A stretch of 64,000 nt of DNA. It comes from Octopus vulgaris. Taxonomy: Eukaryota. Shown here one piece after another: positions 55,060 to 64,000 of this stretch. The DNA lies in NCBI GenBank assembly GCA_951406725.2, contig OX597815.1:123504001-123568000 (forward strand), given 5' to 3'. Numbering within the stretch: the first letter of the stretch is position 1; each line of letters starts with the position of its first letter. Position numbers and translations under genes: made by a program. The notes beneath the pieces are model-generated. The model was not told where the DNA came from, ran no database searches, and worked only from the letters and a program-made list of their open reading frames with translations.

Positions 55060-55545
55060 TCATCATCATCATTTAACATCCACTATCCATGTTGGCTTGG
55101 GTTAGACAGTTTGACTGGAACTGGTAAGCTGGAGAGCTGTACCAGGCTCCAGTCTAATTTTGGCTTGGTTTCTACAACTGGATGTCCTTCCTAATGCCAA
55201 CCAATCCAAGAGTGTAATGGATGCCTCTTATGTGTCACTAGCATGGGTGCATTTACATGTCACTAGCCCTGGTGCTTTTACATGTTACCAGCACTGGTCA
55301 CAACTACAAATTCACTTGGCTTGATGAGTCATCTAAAGCACAGTAAATTGCCAAAGGTCATAATCACTGATCATTGCCTCCATGAGACTCCACATGCGAA
55401 GATCATGCTTTACCACCTTGTCCCATATCTTCCTGGGTCTACCTCTTCCACAGGTTTCCTCTACAGTTAGAAATCAACACTTCTTTACAGAGTTGTCCTT
55501 ATCCATGACCATACCAATGCAGTTCTCCTGCATGCTACATCTGAT
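55060..55545 (-). mobile_element. RTE-type 3' fragment
   Basis: CATCATCATCATTTAACATCC...GGATGTCCTTCCTAATGCCAACC...CTTCCTGGGTCTACCTCTTCCAC. Confidence 0.75.
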
Positions 55546-55556
55546 GCCTAAATATA

Positions 55557-55869
55557 CAGGGGGTGGACAAAATAATGGAAACACCTTAAAATTTCAAACA
55601 AATGTATTTTAATATGAGGTAGGACTGCCTTTGGCAGTAATAACAGCTTAAATTCAATGAGATATGGATAGATCTGTCATTTTAATGAATTTTAATTACC
55701 CTTTTCTGATGATATCTGAAAAGAAACAGTAATTTTAGCAAAGCATATAAAGCAACACTAATAATAAATCAAAAAACATAAAAATAAACAAGTTTTTGAT
55801 GGTTTTATAGATGTTCCAAAATTGTGATGTTATGATACTAGGTGTTTCCATTATTTTGTCCAACCACTG
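55557..55869. mobile_element. Tc1-like MITE
   Basis: TA-CAGGGGGTGGACAAAATAATGGAAACACCT ... AGGTGTTTCCATTATTTTGTCCAACCACTG-TA. Confidence 0.9.
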
Positions 55870-55899
55870 TATATATATGCACACACACACATATATGTA

Positions 55900-56652
55900 T
55901 GACTACAACAATGGGTCCAGTGCCTTTTGTGGATAAGAATAGGAGGGAGCAAGTTCAGAGAACTCTTACCTCTGTTAGCAACCAAAGGTCCTTCTCTTTG
56001 AGTGAAGGGAAGATTGTATGATGCATTATGATGCATGTGTACAATTTGCAACACTGCATGGTAGGGACATAATGGGTTCTGAATGCAGGGGACATGTGAG
56101 GACTGCAGGAAAATGAGGCTAGTATGGTCCACTGGATGTGCAGTGTCAGTATACATGTGCAACAGAGCACAGGTGTATTGAGAGAGACACAGGTGTAGTG
56201 TGCAAGAGAGAAGATTGCACTGGTTTGGTCATGTGATGTGGTTGAATGAGGACAGTTGCATAAAGAAGTGCTTACTTAAGTGGAGGGAAGTTGTGGAAGA
56301 GGGAAACCCAGGAAGAAATGGGATGTAGTATTGAAGGCTGATCTCAAAATACTGAGCCTTAAAATGAAAATCACAGAGGGTTGAGATATGTGACACATCA
56401 CTGTACTCACGAAGACCTGCCCAACACAACAGAATTGAGATCCTAAAACCAAGGTGCCACATGCAAAGTACTGGTGATGGTACTATGTAAAAAGCATCCA
56501 GTACATTCTATAAAAAGGGGTTGGCATTAGGAAAGGCGTCCAGCCATAGAAAACAAGCCAAAACAGACTGTGGAAAGTGGTATGGTCCCTAGTCATACCA
56601 GTTCTTGTCAAGCCATCCAACCCATGCCAGCATGGAAAATAGACGTTAAATA
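55900..56652 (+). mobile_element. RTE LINE 3' fragment, opposite orientation to 56975-59105
   Basis: KFRELLPLLA..., LHWFGHV segments and tail CATGCCAGCATGGAAAATAGACGTTAAA. Confidence 0.8.
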
Positions 56653-56799
56653 ACACACACACACACACACACGTACCCCCTCCCCTGCTGCACACACATG
56701 TATCCCACCACACACTCATTGTTCTTTCACAAGAGTAGTCCAACTCATGCCAGCATAGAAGAAAGATAATGGCTATGATGGTGATGATGAGTATTGCCA

Positions 56800-56878
56800 G
56801 TGACTTCGAAGTTTTGACCAGTTAATCCATCATCAGGCAGTCCGATGATGGCTTAGCTGGTCAAAACTTCAAAGTCAC
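56800..56878. repeat. 35-bp-arm hairpin made of two head-to-head hammerhead-like units
   Basis: GTGACTTCGAAGTTTTGACCAGTTAATCCATCATC-aggcagtcc-GATGATGGCTTAGCTGGTCAAAACTTCAAAGTCAC; three differences between arms. Confidence 0.9.
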
Positions 56879-56974
56879 GGTTAATACAATTCTTGTCAAA
56901 GAATACTAAATTTGTGCTCTAAATACACTGAGTAATCCTGTAAAACTGTTTTTATTATAACATAAAAACAAACA

Positions 56975-59105
56975 TTATCATCATCATCATGTGGGCATGA
57001 GCCAGATGGTTTGACCACAGTTGGCAAGCTGGAGAGTTGCACCAGGCACCAGCCTGATTTAGCATGGTTTCTACAGCTGGAGACTCTTCCTAACACCAAC
57101 CACTTTACAGAGTGTACTTGGTGCTTTTACATGGCACCAGCACAGGACTCTTGTGGGCCAATCCTCTTCACCTGGGGGAGTGCCCTTAACATTTCTGCTG
57201 TGGAATATAGGTCTTCTTGAATACAGCAAGATGCCAGGTATCTTGCTCCTTTGTCAGCTCATCTAGAAGGTTCAGTGTCCTGAGGTTGTCCTTCAGCACT
57301 TCATCCCATGTCTTCCAAGGTCTCTCTGTTCCATGTGTTCCATCTACATTGTGAGATCAGCACTTCTTTATGGAAATGTCAGCATCTATCTGCATCACAT
57401 GAACAAACCAATGCAGTCTTCCTCTTATGCCTAACTTCTCTCTCAATACATGAACACTTACACTACACATCCAGTGAAGCATACCAGCTTCATTCCTCTC
57501 TGCTATTTGCATGTCCTCTGCATTCAAGGCCTGCATGCGTCTCACTACCATGTAGAATTGCAGTCCATATGCATGCATCATACAATCTTCCTTTCACTCA
57601 GAGAGAGAAACTTTTCATAGCCAACAGAGGTAAAAGTTCTCTGAATTTCTTCCTATTCTTATTCTAGCTATTAGATTCTCTATACATCCTCCCCCACTGC
57701 TAATTTGGTCCCCTAAGTAGCAGAAGCAAATGAGCCACCAGAGCATTTGAGAGAATCAATTTCCCAAGTATTTATTGTTTTATGGATCCTGTGCATCTTC
57801 CATATACAAACACGGTTTCCTCTGATAACCTTCCTATTATTCTGCTGCACATCTTATGTGTTTATAACTTGCACTGCTATTCCTGCCTACATCTTTCCTA
57901 TAAATCAAGCAGGGCCACCTACCCGAAGTGGGTAGCGTCCTGTCTGTTTTCTTACTTAAGACCTTAGTCTTTACTAAGTTAACCTTTAGGCCCTTAGATT
58001 CCAGGTGTTGCTTCCACACCTGGAATTTCTCTTCTAGCTTTGATATGGAACCTGTTATGAGGGCAAGATCATCAGCATATAGTAGTTGCCAGGGGCTGCC
58101 GGTCTTGAATTCCCCTGTTATGGCCTGAAAGATAATGATGAAAAGGAAGGGAGTGAGGACTAAGCCTTGATGAACACCTACCGGTACACCAAGTTCTTGG
58201 TTTTACAGATAGTTAACTCTAATCTTACTGACAGCATCTCTGTACATGGCCTGTACAGCTTTCACAAGTTACTTGTCTATCCTTATCCTCCTCAGAGCCT
58301 ACCATATCACACAGCAGGATACTCTACTGAAGGCTTTCTCTAGATCAACGTATGCCAAGTATAATGGTTTATTCTTAGCTAAGTACTTTTGAAATTGCAT
58401 GACTATGAAACTGACATCAGTAGTGCTTCTCCCAGGATGAAGCTAAACTGCATTTCATCATGCCTTAGCCTTTATTCTACTTTACTGGACATTTTGAGCA
58501 TTGCAGCAATGATTTTAGATGGACCAGGAGCTTATCTTGTTGGGTTCACATGAGACTCCCTTTATCCCATTTATTCTCCATTCAGCAGTCTTGCATAGTA
58601 ACTCTTCCATGCCTCTTTCTTGTCCAAGCATACCATTATCCATCTACACATATTTCTCAATTCTCAATGACACACCGTCTAACAATCTGGAACATGTTAA
58701 GTCTCTGATCTTCATGTAGCAGGACATTGATAAACCTCTTCTTTTCTGATTTTGCCCTAGCTAGATAAACCTGACATCTAGTTTCCCTTTCAGAGTTCTG
58801 ATGATTCTTTGCTACCACCTCCTTTCAAGACCCCTCACCTCTTTTATAGTCCTGTCAACATCACTGTTCCACCATGTCACCTGTAGTCTGGCAGAGGCTT
58901 TACTCCAACCATATTTGGTCTGTCACCCTCAGTAGATTGTCGTGTAGGAACTTCCAATTGTCCTCTATGTCATATATCTCTATCTCTTCCTTCTTCTCAT
59001 CAAAGGCTTCATTAAGAACATCTCTAAATCTCTGCCTATTTGAAGGGTTCTTGAGCTTCCACAACCTCTTTGTCCATATCAGCTTGTGTCTCTGGATCCT
59101 TCTAG
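56975..59105 (-). mobile_element. 5'-truncated degenerate RTE-clade LINE
   Basis: RT core VGVHQGLVLTPFLFIIIFQAITGEFKTGSPWQLLYADDLALI, WKQHLESKGLKVNLVKTKVL, RGRLHWFVHVM, and a (GAT)n tail at about 56980. Confidence 0.93.
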
Positions 59106-59118
59106 CCCTAAGCCTAAT

Positions 59119-59280
59119 CGGTGTAGGCATGGCTATGTGGAAATTTGCTTCCCAACCACATGGTTTCGGCTTCAGTCCCACTGTATGGCACCTCAGGCAA
59201 GTGTCTTCTACTATAGCCCTGGGCTGACCAAAGCCTTGAGTGGATTTGGTAGATGGAAACTGAAAGAAGCCTGTCAGATA
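59119..59280 (+). mobile_element. tRNA-derived SINE 5' portion
   Basis: GGTGTAGGCATGGCTATGTGG...CCCAACCACATGG...TTCAGTCCCACTG...GGATTTGGTAGATGGAAACTGAAAGAAGCC. Confidence 0.85.
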
Positions 59281-59286
59281 TACATA

Positions 59287-59469
<183 letters not shown>

Positions 59470-60614
59470 TTATGTGTATTCTTTGTTTCATGCTCCACTG
59501 GATATGTAATGTTTTGGTGTACAAACAATGAAGTACAAATCAACTAAGAGAAAACTGAACGATATTCTCAAATCAGATTCAGTGGACTAAAGGGAAGAGT
59601 GCATTGGTATAGGTAAATGATACATTTACAGGATGGCAACTTATAATGAACTGCTGAGCATTCAAAGAGGGTGGAACTTACAGAAGAAGGAAACCTAGCA
59701 AGATATGGAACAAAGTAAGAAAGACTGCATGATTGATACCTGCTGCTGGAGCTCCGTCCATCTATGCGTGTATGGTGAGGCTGGAATGCATAATATATCT
59801 ACAAAGTCTCTTCTTTTATCCATTATAGTTTTGTGAAATCTCCAGCTATTCCTCACTGCCTCTTTAGCACCTTTTGTCTCACATCCTCTCCTCTTTTCAG
59901 TCTGTCCCCTTGCATCTTTCACACTCATCTCTTTATCACTCCTGTTCACTGTAATATGCTACTGTATAACATGAAATAATGTTGGGGTTCTGATATTCAA
60001 TTTTCTTCACCATCATCATTACTTTCACTCACTCCTGTCACAGTGCTTGTGAAACAGGATTCTATCAGATCTGTTTATACCTAACATACCCAACATCAAA
60101 CTTCCAGACTGTAAGTCACTACTCTTTCTTCTCCACCTGAATCACTTGTGATTGACATACATTGCTTTTCTTTAACTGTTGTCCATCTCTATGACTATCC
60201 ATCACTTGCTGTCTCTCATATCATCAAACATGTAGCTATCATCACTACTTCTCTCTCTCTCATTAACTCTTCTCATTACCGACTCTCTTTCATTACTTCC
60301 TTTTCTCCCACTCTTTCACCCCAATAACTTGCTTCTTTTATGCTCTCACCTAAGTTCATCTTGTCATTGCCCTCTCTTCTACTCATGTTGTACTAAACAA
60401 ATGGAGACAAAAAACTTTTCGTCTTTTTTTTTTTTATTTGAAATGTAGTTGAATAGCATTTCCTCCAGTATTTGACTGGTACTTTATTTTATAGACTTTG
60501 AAAGGATGAAAGGTAAAGTTGACCTTGGTAGGATTTGAAACTAGAATGTAAAGAGCCAGGTATGTTGTGTGATGCTCTAACATCTCTGCCAGTCCACTAT
60601 CCATATTGCTATTG

Positions 60615-61052
60615 TCTTTTACTTGTTTCAGATGAGATGCAGCCATGCTGGGGTACTGCATTGAAGAATTTTTAGTTGAATGAATTGATCCCAGTACTTG
60701 TTTCTTTTTTAGACCTGTGATTCTATCAGTCTCTTTTGCCAATCCACTAAGTTACAGGGACATAAACACACAAACACCGCTTGTCAAGCAGAGGTGGAGG
60801 ACAAACACAGACACAAACATTTATTATATACACACACACACATATATATAGTCCCACCCAAGCTAGCATGGAAGGAAGAATTAAACGATGATGATGATGA
60901 GCTTCTTTCAGTTTCCATCTACCCACTCACAAGGCTTTGGTCAGCCTGAGGCTAAGGTAGAAGACACTAGCTCAAGGTCCCACACAGTGGGACTGAACTC
61001 AAGATCATGTGGTTGAGAAGCAAGCTTCTTACCACACCCATGCCTGTGCCTA
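60615..61052 (-). mobile_element. Near full-length tRNA-derived SINE just downstream of NDUFB3
   Basis: Reverse complement of head (CTTCTTACCACAC..TGCCTGTGCC) through tail (TCTTTTACTTGTTTCAG...GCCATGCTGGGG). A Nin-like SINE remnant is adjacent at about 60440-60600. Confidence 0.8.
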
Positions 61053-61108
61053 TGTTAAAATAATACAAACAAAAATACCAAATTAATATCCGAAGAGAAA
61101 TATTTTTT

Positions 61109-61114
61109 TTTATT
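61109..61114 (-). terminator. Candidate polyadenylation signal AATAAA for NDUFB3
   Basis: TTTATT on plus strand about 105 nt past the stop codon; the context is A-rich, so chance occurrence is possible. Confidence 0.5.
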
Positions 61115-61218
61115 TTCAAGAAACAAATCAGTACATCTCAGTTTCTACACATGACTGGATACTTCTTTGCTAAACAGTTAGCTGTTTCAATAAATGTAGA
61201 TCTTATTAAATGCTTAGT

Positions 61219-61387
61219 CTAACAATGAGCTTCATCTTTCTTGGAACTTCTTTTTGACAGTAATTTTTCAGCCAAGACTGTTACAACCATTGCAGCAAAA
61301 GCATACTTAAAACCACATAAAGCAGAATTCTTTAAGTTCACTATAACAGGATTCCAGTTCTTTTTATGGTAACGCCAGACTTCATTT
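61219..61387 (-). CDS. NDUFB3: NADH:ubiquinone oxidoreductase subunit B3 (B12), terminal coding exon
   Basis: Acceptor attctcttttcag then A AAT GAA. Translates (R)NEVWRYHKKNWNPVIVNLKNSALCGFKYAFAAMVVTVLAEKLLSKRSSKKDEAHC-TAG, matching the NDUFB3 motifs RNEAWRY and GFKWGFAAF plus the TM helix. The upstream DPW-encoding exon was not found in the window. Confidence 0.92.
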
Positions 61388-61496
61388 CTGAAAAGAGAAT
61401 AAAAAGTAAGTTCCATTTAACATATTCTAAGGTAATTTCATAGAAATGTCATTATTTCTAATCCTCTCTAAAGGAGACTATGGCAGCAGTACTGGA

Positions 61497-61790
61497 TATT
61501 AATAGTTATCACCAAGCTAACATGACAGATCACATAAATAGGACAAATGTTGCCATTGGTTAGCTCCAAGAGGCCATCGCCTCTAGCTAGCTATGTGACA
61601 CACAAACCTGTGTCCATTATAACCTTCGAACAGGGGAGGTCAGCAGCTTCCCCTTGCTGGTCTGGCATCCACAAACTAGTTTTGAGGTGTTTATAGCTAG
61701 CTAGAGGCGATGGCCTCTTGGAGCTAATCAATGGCAGCATTCGTCCAATTTATCTGGACTGCCATGTTAGCTTGGCGATAACTATTAATA
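61497..61790. mobile_element. MITE with about 98-bp terminal inverted repeats in the NDUFB3 intron
   Basis: TATTAATAGTTATCACCAAGCTAACATG...CCAAGAGGCCATCGCCTCTAGCTAGCTAT and ATAGCTAGCTAGAGGCGATGGCCTCTTGG...CATGTTAGCTTGGCGATAACTATTAATA. TTAA at both ends; superfamily unresolved. Confidence 0.85.
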
Positions 61791-63789
61791 ATGTAATTTT
61801 ATTTTTCAAATATCTGATTTTGAATAGCTCAAGGTCAGGGCTAACACAAACTCCATGAGATGTTTCATATAAGTTGATTCAGTCTCCATAACTTTGTAGT
61901 AAAAAAAGAAAAAAAAAAACTCCCATGAGCAAACTGGCCCCAGTAATTATTTTAAAGTTTGGTACTTATATTATCAATGTGTATTTGTTAAACTACTATG
62001 TTATGGCATCAAAAACATTACTAATTTTAAGCAGTGTAGATGTAAAACACACATGCACATACAGATATAAATTATATATATATATATATATATATTGGCC
62101 TGCTCGATTAGCCAGCGGGGTGGTGTCATTTGGAGGCTAAAACAATGTGAAGCGCATTGTGACCAGCGATGTGTAGCAACATCTGATAGCCTGGTCGGTC
62201 ATGGTGATCACAGTGATATATATATATATATATATACACACATACATACATATTTATATATATTTCTAATTAAATTAGGCAGCAGTTTAGCAATGTAACA
62301 CCAGAAAGGAAAATTATAATAGTCATTTAACTTTAAATATACATACATATATATATGGATAAGTAGATTCAATGGGCTTCCACACTGTTTCTGTCTACCA
62401 AAGTTTACACAAAGCATTAATCAACTTGAGGTGATAATAAAAGACACTTGTCCAAGGTGTAACACAGTGGGAAAGAAATTTAGAATCACATTATTCTGAA
62501 GCAAACTTATTAACCATAGTTATGTTTGCTACTATATTATTGATATGCTTTGTTTTAGAATACATTGGAGAATGTATTATACTTCCTTCATTAAAATTGT
62601 AGGTTCAAGTTTAACCATATGAACTTTACTTTGATAAGACATTGATAGTGGAATACAGTGAATTAAGATTTGTTAAAACTTTACAAACATAGTTGCACAG
62701 TAGTAGAATATGATAAATGAATTATATTTTCGATTCCGTTTCATAGTTAAGATTGTTCACTTCTCGATGTATAATAAAAATAAGAAATAACATCTCAAGA
62801 TCGAAGTAACAAGTGTATGAGAAGGACTGAAAATTTCAGTGAGGTTGACTTCTAATACTAGGTAGACTTTTACCCATACAAAGAATCAAATAAAATACAA
62901 TTTCCAAAGAAATTATACATTTCACGTTTCTCAATAAACTTCAAATCATCTAACACCTATCAAAATAACCGTGGAATTTCCACAGGTGCAGCTAGTTATA
63001 AATTAGTTGAAATAAGTTAAAACATAAGGGAGATAACCAAGTAACATTTTGTTTTAATCCCATCCGTCATTACATTATCCAAATTAGAAAACTGTTAAGG
63101 GCTAAAACTATTTGTAAAAATATCTAAATTGTTTGTCATTTGAAGTAAATTCACCCTGTCAGTGGTTAGGTGAAGAAAGTTTAGAAGTGGAACCGGTAGC
63201 TAATAAAAGGATTATATTTAAAACAGTACAACTACGGAAGCATTAACATCATTAATTATCAGATACAAAAATTAAAATAATCTTTGTACTTAAGCACCTA
63301 GCACACACACTGTAAAGTAGTTGGCGTTAGGAAGGGCATCTAGCCATAGAAACCAAACCAAATCAGATTGGAACCATCCAACCTATGCCAACTTGGAAGA
63401 CATGTTAAATGATGATGATAAAACAATATATTCAGCTAACAAAGGAGGCATCAATGAAGGGAAGTTCACTAGTATTTGACATTCCACAAATTCCTCTCTC
63501 TATGCATGTGTGTCTGTAGAAAGAGAGACAGAGAGTGCTGAGCATTGAGAAAACAATAGTAATTTTTTTTTTCCTTTTTTTCTTATTTTAAACTTACCTA
63601 ACATATATTAAGAAATATAGTTTTCTCATATTGATTGTATTTTGCTTTCTTAAAACTATACAAATATTCTCTTGACTTCTAATCCACTTTTAGATATAAA
63701 TTTTTGATAAAATGTTTTAAGTGCCTAACATAAATGTATTTAAAGAATATCTAAAACAAAAATGCTATCTTTGCATGGTAATTACTACC

Positions 63790-64000
63790 TGCCAGAGCAG
63801 CTAACTGGCTTCCATGCCAGTGGCATGTGAAAAGCACCATTCAAGCGTGATCATTACCAGTGTTGCCTTACTGGCACGTGTAAAAGCATTCCAGCGAGGT
63901 CGTTGCCAGTGCTGCTGGACTGGCTCCTCTGCAGGTGGCACGTAAAAAAAAAACACCATTTGAGTGTGGCCGTTGTCAGTACTACCTGACTGGCCCTCGT
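63790..64000 (+). mobile_element. RTE-tail repeat family member, truncated by the window end
   Basis: Same GGCACGTAAAAAGCACCATT units as 4750-4900 and 15620-15780. Confidence 0.7.

Overview
AT-rich, microsatellite- and transposon-dense animal genomic DNA. The tRNA-derived SINEs and RTE-type (GAT)n tails resemble those of octopus (coleoid cephalopod); this is an inference from recognition, not a database result. Two host coding exons are well supported, both on the minus strand. One is the first coding exon of an ABCA2-like transporter (41726-41791, [22 protein letters not shown], GTGAGT donor), with a promoter-like region at about 42.75-42.9 kb; I found no exon 2, so 1-41725 is probably one large intron. 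The other is the last coding exon of NDUFB3 (61219-61387), whose upstream exons probably lie beyond the window end. The rest is decayed LINEs (RTE, CR1, CRE-like, Hero), Penelope-like element (PLE) remnants, mariners, MITEs, SINEs and simple repeats. Most entries in the ORF track are repeat-derived or spurious. Most notable observations: three sequence-distinct foldback hairpins whose inversion centre lies on or beside a degenerate PLE-type hammerhead ribozyme core, plus a hammerhead at the end of a PLE remnant; an exact 161-bp local copy inside a Helentron-like element; a Hero fragment splitting a SINE to create a chimeric ORF; and a CLEAR/M-box-like motif upstream of ABCA2. I see no intact novel protein-coding system. 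Repeat boundaries were read by eye and are approximate.
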